Below, in pieces: positions 14,246 through 27,200 of a stretch of 64,000 nucleotides of DNA. The notes under the pieces were generated by a model. The model ran no database searches. It had not been told where the DNA came from and saw only the letters and a program-made list of their open reading frames with translations. This DNA comes from Vicugna vicugna (lineage: Eukaryota). A program made the position numbers and the translations under genes. Location of the stretch: NCBI GenBank assembly GCA_013265495.1, contig MU058650.1:337394-401393 (forward strand). Direction: 5' to 3'. The first letter of the stretch is position 1. Each line of letters begins with the position of its first letter.

Positions 14246-14415
14246 TTTGGTAGAACTTCTTTAGCACTCAAAGAACTCATCTTGCAAAAGTCCTTTTCTT
14301 TCCCAGATTTTTAACATAGTGATATATGTATATATTTAAAGTTCTAAAAGATGAGAAAGTATAAGTAGAATTGGGGGTACAGTTCTAGGCAGGTTTTAGA
14401 CTTTAGATTTTCCCC

Positions 14416-15420
14416 TTGTTGTAAACAAAAAAGTCCATGTCCTAATCCCTAGAACCTATGAATATGTTAAGTTACATGGCAAAGATGAATTAAGGTTACA
14501 GGTGGAATTAAGGCTGCTAATTCTCTGACTTTAAAATGGGGAAATTATCCTGGATTATCCAATGGATTCAATGTAACCACAAAGTTCCTTAAAAGTAGAA
14601 GAGGGAGGAAGAAGAGTCAGAAAGAGTTGCAACAGTGGGAGCAGCATCAGAAAGATGCAAGATCAAAAGAGTAAGAAACTAACAGAATGGCTTTCCCTGA
14701 TGCTAGAGCTATTTGCTGATTCAATCTGACTTAAAATTCTTGCAACTTTTCCCTTTTCTCTGACAAATCCCCATCTCTGCTTCACTTGCTCAATTGCATT
14801 TGTGCTAAACAACCCCCAACCTTTTCATTATATTCTCCACTCCCTATACATTCTTTACCCAGAATAGCTTATCCTTTAACCCAAAAGCTGTATTCCAGGA
14901 TGGTCACAGGCTGATAGCCTCAGAAGAATGAAGAGATCCTCCAGAGTTTCTCCATGACACCAGGTGGATTCACCAAGATTAAGAATACAGCACCCCAGAA
15001 AATGCCCTGATTGTTGCTGCCTCTCTATTCTGTTTTTTCTATAAAACCTCAGGACCCCAGCCCCTAGATGGATTCACTGTCTCTAAGGTATTAGCCTGCC
15101 TGGTAAAGCAATAAAGCTGTGCTTTTCTAATTCTCCCAGAACTCTGCCTCTGAGTCTCAATTTGCCTACAGAGTCCAGTTTTTCAGCAACAATATTATTT
15201 GCTTTATGATGGAGGAAGGGAGCCACGAACCAAGGAATGCAGGTGGACTCTTGAAGCTGGAAAAAGTCACAAAAACAGATTTTCTCCTAGAGATTCCAGA
15301 GAGAATGCAGTTCTGATGACACCTTGATTTTAGACCAGTGAGACCCATATCAGGCTTCTATTCTACAGAACTGTAACATAATACATTTGTGTCATTTAAG
15401 CCACCTTTGTTGTAATTTAA
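14416..15420 (+). mobile_element. MaLR LTR, MLT1D-like, split by a younger ERV1 LTR
   Basis: 5' half gtcctaatccctagaacctatgaatatgtt...attatcctggattatcc (14416-14660); 3' half gatggaggaagggagccacgaaccaaggaatgcagg...cagaactgtaac (15192-15420). Confidence 0.85.
14663..15191 (+). mobile_element. Solo ERV1-type LTR nested in MLT1D; related to the LTR at 28883
   Basis: TATA (ctataaaa), AATAAA, ends cagcaaca; its 3' half aligns by eye with 29060-29343. Confidence 0.75.
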
Positions 15421-15443
15421 TCAACATATATGTAATTATGCAC

Positions 15444-16007
15444 TATAAGGGAGAAAAACTCAACACCCCAAAATGTTTCTTTGGTGTTTGAATTATTTTG
15501 AGCTGGAAACAACCAAGGCTGCAACAGACTCAGGAAGAAACTTTCATCTTCCCCCTAACTGCTTAAAGGAATATAGATAGGAGGCATGTTTCAGGAAAGG
15601 AGCTGTCACCATACATAACTATAGTACGAACTAGGTGTGGTAGACAGGGAGGAACCCAGCAAAATCTAGTTGTTAAAATTCCTTTCTATGTTCCATTGTC
15701 TCTGCATGGCCTAGTAAACATTTGTTAACCAAATACCTGCTTTTCCATCTCCATATCAGTTGCCTCCCGGCCTTGAATTCCCAAACCATTATCCTCAACA
15801 TGGTCTTTTGTCTTTAGCTAAAGATGGTATTTAAGGTGAGGGTTTTGGCCATTTTGGAGAGATACTTAGTTTTCCTGAATCTTTCTCATGTATACATGTT
15901 ATTAGACTTTTGTTTAATTTTTTCCTGTTAATCTGCCCCATTTCAATTTAATTCTTAGAGCATCCAGAAGACCCTGGAAGGATAGAGGAAAATATTTCTC
16001 CCCAACA
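15444..16007 (+). mobile_element. Solo ERV1 LTR, MER34-like
   Basis: caccccaaaatgtttctttgg...attattttgagctg start, ctccccaaca end, near-TSD GCAC/GCAT. Confidence 0.8.
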
Positions 16008-16349
16008 GCATCTCTGCTGAAATTTGTGGATTTGCCATCAAAATAGCCAGTTTTAATCACATGATTAAGACTTAGTCATCAATAATACACCTTTGCTAAT
16101 AAAAACTTGTAGGAATAAGCTGATTACTAACTAGCTCAGTTCTGAGTCAGCTCAAAATGCCTTTGGCCAAATTACTGAACTGAGTATTTCTTTGGAATTG
16201 TCAGATGAGGCCTGTAATCCAACTATCACATATCACTCAACATGGATAAACATAAAATGTGAGAATCAAGTACAGAAATAAGATAGTCTATTCCTTTATG
16301 GAACAAACATGTTGAAACAGTAAATAATGTCTATTATGTTTCAAGGATC

Positions 16350-16530
16350 AAGAGCTTTATAAACTTCATCTTTAATCCTAACAATAATTTTCTGAAATAG
16401 GTACCAATTTAAAGATGAGAAATATGGGCCCAAAGAAATTAAGTTCCTAAATTTCACGTAGACAATACATTTTAGAGTCTGGATTTCAGCCTAGGAACTC
16501 TGATTCTGGTTCACTTAATCACCTATCCTG
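16350..16530 (-). mobile_element. MIR SINE fragment
   Basis: tttaatcctaacaataa...tttaaagatgagaaatatgggcccaaagaaattaag. Confidence 0.6.
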
Positions 16531-17314
16531 CTCCATTGTACATCGCCTGATGTGATGAGCTGTTTATACAAACTGGTCAGAAGGCAACTTGGTTTTAACC
16601 AAAGAAGAGGCCTCTCATAGTGAATGAAAAATAGGCATCCTGAAAAGTCTAGAATAGATCAATTTTTAAATGAGAAAAGCAAAAATACTTAAAGGTTAAG
16701 GATAATTTTATTTATCAAAGTAGTCAGACTCTACATTTTTAGTTTGCACGTAGCAAGGAAATACAATTAATTCTGCTCAAGCAAATCACTTGGTTATCCA
16801 TGCCATTTCAAAATCTGCTGAAACTGTCCTTAATATAAGCAGTTATTTCAACTTCACAGATTAGTAGCATGATGCTAAAACACAGTTGTTTGTAACGTGT
16901 GCATTATTTTAAAATTCGGATGAGTGGGAACAAAGATGGGTGCAAACATAACATTTATTAGAGAAAAATAAAAACATCAAACATGAAAAATAAAAAATTC
17001 AATGAAAATTTTATTTTTGTCCAGAAATAAAACAAAATAAAGTGCTCTAGGTGAAGAGGAAATGGTCCTTTGGCATTATCACATGCAACAAGACTAACAT
17101 GATGTCCAAAAAAATGAAGATTATTATATAAAAGTTATGAAGTGGATTTGAATTGCATTCCTTATGTACAAAATGAATTTTGATATAAACAACATCTGAT
17201 TATTCCAATTCTAGTAACCTTTAGGAAACTCAATTATTTAGTCACATGAAATGTAAAGTAGCTTAACTTATGTAATGACTGGTAAGTAATGTTCATAGAA
17301 ACACACTTTGAAAT

Positions 17315-17748
17315 AATTAAAAATTAGAAAAACAAAACTTCAGAGTTCATCAATAGAGGAACAGATGCATAAAAATTAGAATATGACCTAATCATGTACT
17401 GGAATGTGTACAGTAATTAAAATGGTGAGCTAGAGCTAAATGTTTCAACAGGATAGATCTTAAAACATGACATTTTTTAAAAGTTAAAGAAAAGCTCATA
17501 CAATAAATGTCACTTAGGCAATTAAATTAAATTAAATTAAAAAATTAAAAATTAGAAAAACAAAACTTCAGAGTTCATCAATAGAGGAACAGATGCATAA
17601 AAATTAGAATATGACCTAATCATGTACTGGAATGTGTACAGTAATTAAAATGGTGAGCTAGAGCTAAATGTTTCAACAGGATAGATCTTAAAACATGACA
17701 TTTTTTAAAAGTTAAAGAAAAGCTCATACAATAAATGTCACTTAGGCA
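17315..17748 (+). repeat. Perfect 206-bp direct tandem duplication (period 228) within an ancient L1ME-like remnant
   Basis: 17315-17520 identical to 17543-17748 by direct reading; the 22-bp spacer is mostly (ATTAA)n. Confidence 0.95.
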
Positions 17749-18779
17749 AATTAAAACAAGTAAAATTCTATTGTTTATGGATACATAGGAGATAGTTAAT
17801 GGATAAAACACTGGACTTTGAAACACACCAAATTCTTTAGGGCATTTGTCCCAATGAAAGAAAGGAAAAATCCCAAAGGAAATGTCTTAGTTATTTTGAT
17901 TAAATAATACCTGAAGCGAATATAAAGTCTTAAACCAGTGGTGGGATCATGGGTTTTACATTATTCCTTTTAAATTTTAGTATTTCAAGATATTTATCAA
18001 AAATTTTTTAAATCAAGTACTTAAATATTTCAGGCAAAATGCATTTGGAATGAATTATTCAAAAAATTTATTTCACTTTCTCATAACATCTAAATAATCC
18101 ACTCTCACAAAGTTTGTGGTATTTATACAATCTTACTAAAAATGAATTGAATATAAAACTCTGAAGATTTCAAAATAACCAGACAATATTGGACATTCTA
18201 CAGCATTTAATTCAGGAAAGAAAACTGGAAATTTCAAGCTCCCATGAGCTTAATATTCAGTTTTATTTCACAAATTCCTATTTAATCTAAGAAATTTCAA
18301 GTCTGTCTCCTTATAGATCATATCCCTGAGAAGTCAGCCTGGCGTTCCACTTTGAACATCCTGGCAAAGGGAAGCGTGCTCTACCCTTGTGGGTTCATAA
18401 ATCGCCTGTGCTGTGTGGAATAGAACAATTATACACAGCGGAAGCCTATAGGTTGGGGTATAAAAAACCAACAGAAAGTACTTAGGCACAAACAGATACA
18501 GAATCTGAAAACCCAGTCACACTGAGATCACGTCCCTAAATTTAATTTCCTGGAAACTTATCAGGAACCAAGGTGCATTGTTTTTAAAGGTATATCTCAA
18601 GTAGAAATGACTATCAAAGGTCACTGAATGCAGTCACTCTTCTGAAGCACGGGAAGACAAGCTGAAATAGCCAAGGCGTGGGGTTCCAGGGTCTGAGTAA
18701 TTAGCCACATTTCCATCAAGGTAATGGGAATAGGACCACCTGCCTTCAGTCACTGGGGGTAATCAATTGCTGCCCTTCC

Positions 18780-19200
18780 CACCTGCTAATCTGTTCTTCT
18801 TTCTACAATCTTGGAGACCTTTTTAAAGTACAAATCTGGTCAAGTCGCTCCTCTGCAGAAACCTCCTCAACATCTCTGATTGCCATTAGGGTTAAGCGGA
18901 CTTACATTACCTTAACATGACTTACCAGCTTCAGCTGTTCTGACCTCAGTTTCTCTCTTCATCCTCGTTTCAGCCCACTCTTCCGCTTGCTCTAACACTC
19001 TAACCAGATTTTCTTGACCTCAGCACTAGTCTATCACAATAAATTGTTTACTTGGTTACATCCACTATCTGGCCTGTGGTTTCCTCCATGAAGGCAGAGG
19101 TCATATTTATGCTGTTTATTGTTGTAATTTAGTTAGTATCTATCAGAGTGCTTGGAACATAGTAGGTACTTGGCAAGTATTTGTTGAGAGAAGAGAAGGA
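18780..19200 (+). mobile_element. L2 LINE 3' region
   Basis: ctccatgaaggcagaggtcat...agagtgcttggaacatagtaggtacttggcaagtatttgttga (L2 3' end). Confidence 0.75.
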
Positions 19201-20389
19201 AGGAGGAACAGACAAAGGAAAGGGGTTATTTTGAGAACAGAATATTTATAATAGTGTTTTTATAAAATATTAGTAGGAATTACATGATTTGGGAACAGTC
19301 ACATAAAGTACCTTTTGCAGTCTACCCAGATAGCAGCTCAGTGTAGCCATCTATTACTCCTTCTGTTTTTGTTTTTTTTGTGTGTGGGGGAGCGGGGAGT
19401 GGGGCAAATCATAACAGAACAAAATGTTTCAATGTTGTGGTGGTTGAAATGATTCAATTTTTCAGAACTTATTGATCACCAAGGTCATTACAAACTCAAC
19501 TAATGTGAAGAAGGAAAGCTCAGACAGCGCCCAAATGCACAGACGCTGTGTGGCTTGGGGGGTATCCTTTATTGGTCACTTGTAAACAAAGCTAGCGATG
19601 GCCATGACCTTCAAGCCCAGCGTGTGAACTCCTCACACAGTTGATCACTCTTTACACGTCATTTTTTTTTAAAAATGAAGTTTCTGAAAAACTGCACTTA
19701 CTTACACAAATATTAAACATAAATATTAGCACCATGATGGAGAAAGTCATCACCATTGTAAAAGGATATAAAAGAGATGGTTGACTTTTTAGGAGATTTT
19801 CCTTACCCTGTGATCTAGAGCACAAATTACACTGATCTAGAGACACTTCCAAAATTCCATTTAGTGTGGGAATCATGATCAGATCATCTGCACTATGCCC
19901 TGAATTGTGTTAGAAAAATTGGGAGAAATTTAAAAGAGGCAAAACTCTTACATAAAAACTCTAAAAATGACACGTAGCTCTTAAGCAACTTTCTCTTGAT
20001 TTGATATTTGTAATTTCTTCCCCTTTCTCATGTGCGCCTCAGGAATCTGGAAACTTGTCCTTTATCTAAAAGACTTTAACTTCCCTCTATATAGATGTGG
20101 TATCAAAAGCTTCAAAAGTATCACTATTTTTGTTTTTATAAATCAATATTTATTATCTGTGTATTTAAATTGTCTATTTCAGGGTTTTTTTTTTTGGTAA
20201 CCATATTAAAAAACATCAATGGTTGATATTTCTATTTCTACTAAAGTTTTGCAATGTGATTTCTAAGTCATTTAAGTCATGGAACTAATGAAATAGCTTG
20301 TACACCAAAGCCTAACATTAAGCCAAAGTCTACCAAGTAGGAGATACTCATACTGTTTTCTCAGTCTAGAGATGCTTATCTCACCAATA

Positions 20390-20525
20390 CATTTATTCAC
20401 TAATTCAACAAATATTTATAGCATGCTTATTATGTGCTAAACATTGTAAGTTCTGGGGCTGTAACAATGAACAAGAACAGACATGATCTCTGCCCACATG
20501 CAGCTTAATATCTAGTGGGTGAGAA
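20390..20525 (-). mobile_element. L2 3' end
   Basis: attcaacaaatatttatagcatgcttattatgtgctaaacattg...aacaagaacagacatgatctctgccc. Confidence 0.75.
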
Positions 20526-22284
20526 GATATCTACCAGACACAAAGTAAGGATGACTTCAGCCATCAAAAATGTGTAGAGTTGTCAAATATGACCTTTAAG
20601 ATAGTTTGAAGTTTTAGTCTGTACCCAGCATACATTTAACTTCAGAGAGTCCCAATTTATATTCATTATTCAAAAGAATAAAAACAAACACCTTTTCTAT
20701 CTTATTCCTCTGATTTTTATAAGCATCGAGGAACATTCTGAAAATGTCAGGGCTTCTAGTGTGACACAGATCCTTAACATTTGCTCTCCTGTATTTTTTA
20801 AATAGGGATGCCTGAGAGGGGCAGAGGCTGTGGGAAATGACACACCTATATTTACCTCTCAATCAAATCAGGTTTTCTGTGTGCTCTCTGAGGGTGCAAA
20901 TTACATTTTGTGTCATAATTGCTGTCTTTCAAACTGGATGCATCTACTCATATGATCTAAGAGAATGACAGAATGAAGAAGAAGGATAGAGCCTCACTTT
21001 GACACTCTCTATACTATCTCAGGATATTAGCACAAGGTGATGCCAAAGACTGGGGAGGGGGGAGGGGAGCCAAAGAACACTTACTGGTAAGTTGTTGGGC
21101 TGACATTGATGCGCCGAGGGTGACTTCCTGATTCAAATTTGCTTGCCAGAGTGACGTTATTTCCAAACAGGCAATATCGTGGCATTCTTACTCCAACAAC
21201 TCCAGCCAGCACAGAGCCTGAATGAATGCCTATCCTCATCTAAAAAGGAAAAGGAAAAAGAAAAGGATATATTTATGTTTTCATTTGGTATGCAATTATT
21301 TTCATGAGAGGTACTGCTGACTTCGGAAACCATTAAACTACTAGCTCCTCAAAGACAGTAACTGGGGTCCTGGTCATTTTTGTGAGCCCAATATATGGAC
21401 TATTATAGTATCAGTGAACATGGATGATGTGGAATAAATGCATAAATAGATAAATTATAGGGAAAAAAACTATGTTTAACTTTCTATATAAATTCAGTTA
21501 TGTTGCAAGCTAAATCAGGTTTTATTTGTACCTAATATGCTCTAATAAATGGAAAATATATTATTCCTCCACAAGTTATTCTCACATAAAATCCTATCTT
21601 TTTCTTCATAACATTAAACACAATTATAAATTAAATATTCATCTTTCTGTGTATTTTGTTTAAATATTGGATTTTCCCACACGAGAAGTATTTGTACCTA
21701 TTTCCTTACTGTTGAATATTCAGCACTCAGTATTCTACCTGGAGCAAAGGAGGCACTCAGTCAGTGATAAATATTGAATTGCCTAAATTTCCCAAATGTA
21801 TTAAAATGGAGTTATGGAGAATTCAACCTGTGAGTCAGTCAAGATTGAAAACCTTAAAGAGTAAATTAAATGCTCTATATTTTACCTTCTGAGAATCTGG
21901 TAAATAGTCTGGTTCATGCCTTGAAGGAGCCCTCATTGTGCAGTTGATGTACACTTAAATGTGATTACAGTAATGAAGCTGTAGCCACATCGTCTACACC
22001 AAAGTAACTAAAGCTAATGACCGAGTGAGAGATTAGTTCTAGGGGAATGTGGGTGCCTTTGGGAGAGGAGAAGGAGATCTGACCTCTAGATGTCCACTAG
22101 GCAGGCAAAGTGTCACCCCTTTGCTACCATGTCTGCTATTGCCACTATAGTTGCTAAGACAAAGAGCCACTTTGAGATTAATCTTTGTCACAAGACTGGA
22201 GATCTTTGCCTGTATCAACCCATAGTAAGACAGGTTAAAACTATTGTGATCTAGCTAAAGCTCCTAATAATCTCTTCACTTACT

Positions 22285-22650
22285 TTTAAAAACTGATTCT
22301 AAAGTTTATTTGGAAATTCAGTACGCTAGGAAGAGCCAAGATACATTTGAGGAAAAAGAAAAAAGTCGGAATATTTGTCCTATATGATTTTAAGCCTTAG
22401 TATAAACATAGCTAATTAGCTCATGGTACTTAGACAGGGAAACAGACTAAACAAGGAGATAGCCCAGAAAGACTTCTGTGCATCAATGGGTGACGATATG
22501 TGATAGAGTTGGCGTTTGAGATTAGTGAGAAAAAGATGGTATTTCCATTAGGATGCTCTGGGTCAACTGTTTTATGTGGGGAAAAAAAAATTCCAAATAG
22601 ACTGAAGACCTTAAAGTAGAAGACACAACTTTAACAGCTTTAAAAATAAT
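22285..22650 (+). mobile_element. Ancient L1 ORF2 C-terminal fragment
   Basis: ctgattctaaagtttatttggaaa...agagccaagatacatttgaggaaaaagaaaaaagtcgga. Confidence 0.7.
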
Positions 22651-23029
22651 GGTTTTAATTAAGGTAAAGGTCAATCTTCAGGGCCAGTAAAACCCTTAAA
22701 TACAGACACTTAAGAAGTATAGACTTTTATTAACCTCTCCGTTACACTTTCCACATAAGTGGTCCAGCTTATCAGGCAGCTCTGTTCCCCTCCGTCAGTC
22801 AGGGACCAGGTCCTTATCATTGTGTTCCTCCTCATGCCTTGTCACATAGCCCTTATTAGAAAACACGAGGTTGGATCAAGAGCATCCTCAAGTTTCAACT
22901 TATGATATGGCAAGACAGACACAGAAGTCCAAGGTAAGGATCACAAAGTCACCGAGGAAGTTACTCCTCTCTGTAGACCCAGGTTTACATCTGGTCTCAT
23001 TTCCCTTCTACCTAAAGACTTCCTTGAAC

Positions 23030-23036
<7 letters not shown>

Positions 23037-23080
<44 letters not shown>
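23037..23080 (+). repeat. (TG)22 microsatellite
   Basis: Uninterrupted TG run. Confidence 0.97.
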
Positions 23081-23081
<1 letters not shown>

Positions 23082-24618
23082 CTTAGGTACACCGGTGATA
23101 AACTCTTTGTTTTGTATTTCTGGAAAGTCTTTCCGTGACTTCATGTGTATATACCTTTCACTAGGTATGAAGTCCTAGTTTGATAGGTTTTGTTTCAGTG
23201 CTTTAGACAATGCTTCACTGTCTTCTCCTTTGCACCATTACCTTCTGCCCTCATGCTTATCTTAATTCCTCTGTGTCGGCTATCTGTGTCTGACTTCTAG
23301 CTTCCTTGGTCTGCACGGACTCTCAGCTTCATCTCTTGTGAAGTTTGTTGGGTTCTTCCTGACCTGTCCTTCCCTGCACTACAACCCGAATGTCTCCCAG
23401 AGAGATGCCGGGGAACTCGTATATTTCAATTTGTTCCTTGTCTCTCAGGCATCACTGCCTTCCATTGCCTAATGTCCACGGAACTGTTCTTTTTTGTATA
23501 TTTTGTCCGTATTTTTAATTGTTGAAGATGGGAGTGTAACTCCAGTTCATATTTTCTTCATATTGACTGGCAGCAAAAATGGGATATACTGCTTTTTTTT
23601 TTTTAACAAAGCAAACTATTTGAAAATTTTAAGTCTATTTCTGAGGAGAGACTGTCTACTTGGATTTAAAGACAAAAAATGTAATGAATGGTAATATTCC
23701 TTTTAAACAAGCATAAAGCAACTTTCTCTAAAATTAGCGAAGCATTTTGCAAAATATTATTATATTTATTTGGGTTTCTGTTTGCTTTCAGAAGGCCTAT
23801 TTACATTAAATTACCTTGTGCGATACCAGAGTGCCCAAAAACACCAAGACCTTAGATACTAAGATTGTCAGGCTGGACTTGTGAACCTTTTTAAGTAGGA
23901 AGAGAGACATGAACATCAAATTGACACATTTTACAGTCTCTATAGCCTGTAACTTTAGTTTGAGAAGGAGCATCCATACACCAACTATATAAAAGGCTTC
24001 TATGTTTCTGTCTCTGTCTCCTTTCAAAAGATCTGAGACGGTTTCCTTTTTTTAAACTAAATTTTCAGAATGAGAGTTATTATAACCTAAAATTGTTGAA
24101 GATAAAAACTCTCATATTCTTGAGAGGGTAGATGGAGAAATAGTCTTAAAAAAAACCAAAACTTATCTCTTAGAAGACTACCTGAAGGCATGCACAAGAA
24201 TATCGAAAAAAAAAAAACCAACATAAAAATAGCAGAGTTGCTTTTACTGTCACTACTGTGCAATGGACCAGGACTCAGAAAATTATTTACTCTCGGATGT
24301 AAACAGACACCATTGAGAACTTACAAGGTGAATCATCAGACTTCAGTTTTATTTAATTTTTTTTTTATATTCCTTTTGACAACTTACTGAGATTTCCCAG
24401 GAATTGTTGCCTATATGAGGAAGTCACTGATTGCCACATTTGGAATCTTCCAAGAGTATCTAGCAGTTAGACAAAATAGAGAGATACTTTAAAGTGTCCA
24501 TGAGGAATTTAGATTTCTTTTGGCAAGATTTAAACTATTTAATTGGTTAACCAAGCAGTCATGTTTGCATCCATCTGTTCAGCATACCCTAGTTAAGAGG
24601 ATTGTTTTGTACTAAAAT

Positions 24619-24821
24619 CAGTGGCTGTCAACTAGGGCCATTTGTGTCACTCAGTGGACATTTAGCAATGCCTTGAGACATCTTTAAAATTTTTTTACAA
24701 CTCAGATGGAGAGCTGCTATTGGCATCGATTCAGCAGAACTAGAGGTTCCCAGGACAACATCCCCACAAAGAAGAATTTTCCAGTCCAAAATAGCAATAA
24801 TGCAGAGGTTGAGAAACCCCG
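24619..24821 (+). mobile_element. MER20 (hAT-Charlie MITE)
   Basis: cagtggctgtcaact...ggacatttagcaatgccttgagacat...gaggttgagaaaccccg with terminal inverted repeats. Confidence 0.85.
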
Positions 24822-24863
24822 CACTAAACAGACCTCTGGCAACCTGTAAACACTTAGTAGAGC

Positions 24864-24864
<1 letters not shown>

Positions 24865-24900
<36 letters not shown>
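24865..24900 (+). repeat. (AC)18 microsatellite
   Basis: Uninterrupted AC run. Confidence 0.97.
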
Positions 24901-24906
<6 letters not shown>

Positions 24907-25737
24907 AATGCTTTAATAAGATCAAATCTTTGATGAGTAACACTAGACTTCACTTTTTGGAGACAGTTCATGGAAAGAATGTGCTTGTCCTCGGGGTACA
25001 TTGAAAACCACAGTAACTTTAGGATCTGGCTGGATGTTAGGACATCCATTACTCAGTCTGCCCTATCTATATGAAATGCCTGAAATAATGCAAATCTCTG
25101 AGACACACCAAATCCCCAATAATCAAAGGATTCAGTTATTCTTGTAATACTCAACTGATTATTTATTTGGCAAGGCACATAAAAAACTGCCTTTTTAGAT
25201 AACATTCCTCTTACAACTCTTAAAAATAGAAGCCTTATATGGTTTGGCCTCAGATAGCCAAAACTCCTCTGATTTAGTTAAGGAGGAATGTGAGAGTTGG
25301 GAGGGTAGCACAGATCCATTCATCCAGCTCTCTCATTTTACAAATAAACTGGAGACAAGAGGAGTACAATGAAAAGAACAAATTAGTGTTAGGGCCAGCT
25401 CTAGACCACAGGTCAGCTGGCTCTGGGTTCAGTGCTTTATGAAAAAAAACCCACCCAAATTAAAATGATCCTCAGGCTGTTTCTATAAGGTCCATCGGAC
25501 TAAGGAAGACAGTAAGAAAAAAATCAGATTTAATCTGGTTTGCCTACCCTTATAGACACAGAAAGGCGGGCACTTTCCAGTGGAAACTCAGGGGAAAAAA
25601 TGTTCTACATTTATTAAGCCCAACATTAGAAGTTTTCCATACCTCTTCCTTCTTATTGTTCATGCTTCTCCACACCAAATCTTTCTGACTTGCATATTCA
25701 TTACACCCCCAGTGCCTAGTATATCTATGCCTCTGAG

Positions 25738-25925
25738 CTTTTTCTTGTTTTTTATTGAGGTACAGTTTACAATGTTGTGTCAATTTCCGGCGTACAGCAC
25801 AATTCCTCCGTCACATATGAACACACATATATTCATTTTCTTATTCTTTTTCACCATGAGCTACTACAAGGTATGGAATATATTTCCCTGTGCTGCATAG
25901 TATAAACATGTTTATCTATTTTTCA
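25738..25925 (-). mobile_element. 5'-truncated L1 3' end (camelid-type)
   Basis: ttttttattgaggtacagtttacaatgttgtgtcaatttccggcgtacagcac...ttccctgtgctgcatagtataaac. Confidence 0.85.
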
Positions 25926-25999
25926 CATACGAGTCACCACTTAGTTTTCACTCGTGTTAACTGCCTCACCTAAAATACTGTCCATCCTCTCTTGCAGAT

Positions 26000-26420
26000 G
26001 CTCAAGGTATAAAAGGAAACCAAAGATGTGTGTTCCCTGTCTTCTCGGAGTTTTCATTTGAAGTTGAAGATAAAATAGCTAATTGATTTTAGAATAAATG
26101 CTTAAAAATTAAAGTGTAAAAGAGAGCAGAATATAGGCAACGGGGGTGGGGACGCTGAGCAAGTTGGGACGTGAAGTCTCCCCTGAGAAAGTATCCTCTG
26201 AGCTCAGTGCTGAAGGAAGAATGACTTTGGCTACGTGGGGCACAGCTGTAGTTGGAGGAGTGGGACATAGAGTGACAATAACATGCAAAGATCCTAAAAC
26301 CTAAAGTGCTTCGGTACATTTCAGCCCTGAAGGCAGGCAAGAGCAGGTGGCTTTTGCTTAAAGAAAAAGGAGAGAGGCAGGCCATGAAGCTGGAGTACGC
26401 CCGGCAGATCACACAGAAAA
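26000..26420 (-). mobile_element. L2 fragment
   Basis: Degenerate L2 motifs (ctgagctcagtgctgaaggaagaatga...acatgcaaagatccta). Confidence 0.55.
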
Positions 26421-26423
26421 AGA

Positions 26424-26535
26424 TTTTTCAATCTCAGTGCTTTTGATACTTGAAGTCAGGTAACTACTTTCTGGGAGAAGCTGTATTGTGCATTGTGGGG
26501 TGTTTAGCATCCCTGGCCTCTATCAAATGCCACTT
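26424..26535 (-). mobile_element. MER20 fragment
   Basis: ctgtattgtgcattgtggggtgtttagcatccctggcctcta. Confidence 0.65.
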
Positions 26536-26639
26536 GCAGATTCAAAGCAGAGATTATGTTTGGGTAGTTTTGTTGCATAACTCAAGAGGTACAGACTTCA
26601 TATGCCATCCTGGTTCTGCTGTCTACTTAATAGTGGTAG

Positions 26640-27200
26640 GCATTCTCCAGCCAACAGCACTGTGGTTTTCTTTAGGCAACTCACTTTCTCCTACTCTCAG
26701 GCTTGCAAGTTTTGTGGGACTGACTCCACCTCCAGGTCCAGGAGGAGGCCCAAAATGGTAAGGGTATGTCAGTCCTCCAGTGGTAGCAAGTAATTTAAAA
26801 CTTCAAGTGATCAAATGTAGGCCAATGAGAGAGAAAATCTCAGAAATGATGTGAGAGCTACAAGAAAAGACTTTCTTTTTCCCAAGCTGGTGTGGTGCAT
26901 GTTTGTGAACAGTGTACAGTGTTCCAGTGAACACCTGGTGCCATACTGGCACCATGACATGGAGGCTTGGAGCTGCAGGGAACCACTTTATGGAGCCTGA
27001 GGATGAAGCCAATGCTGGGTAGGCAAACCACAGAGAATAAACGTGAAGCCAAGGTCATGGTAACATCAATTATGTGGCTGTCTCTAACCTCATGTGAAGC
27101 TAGCCCTCCCTCTTGGCTTTTCAGTTATGTGAGTCAATGCGTGCCGTAATTGTTTATGTCATCATGTTTATTCTGTCACTTGCAAGAAAAGGAATCTTAA
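26640..27200 (+). mobile_element. Old MaLR LTR (MLT1I/J/K-like)
   Basis: ggcttttcagttatgtgagtcaat...ttctgtcacttgcaagaaaaggaatcttaa 3' end. Confidence 0.65.

Noticed and set aside
19384..21070. G-quadruplex candidates at ~19386 and ~21052
   Set aside because: Each has only three well-separated G-tracts.
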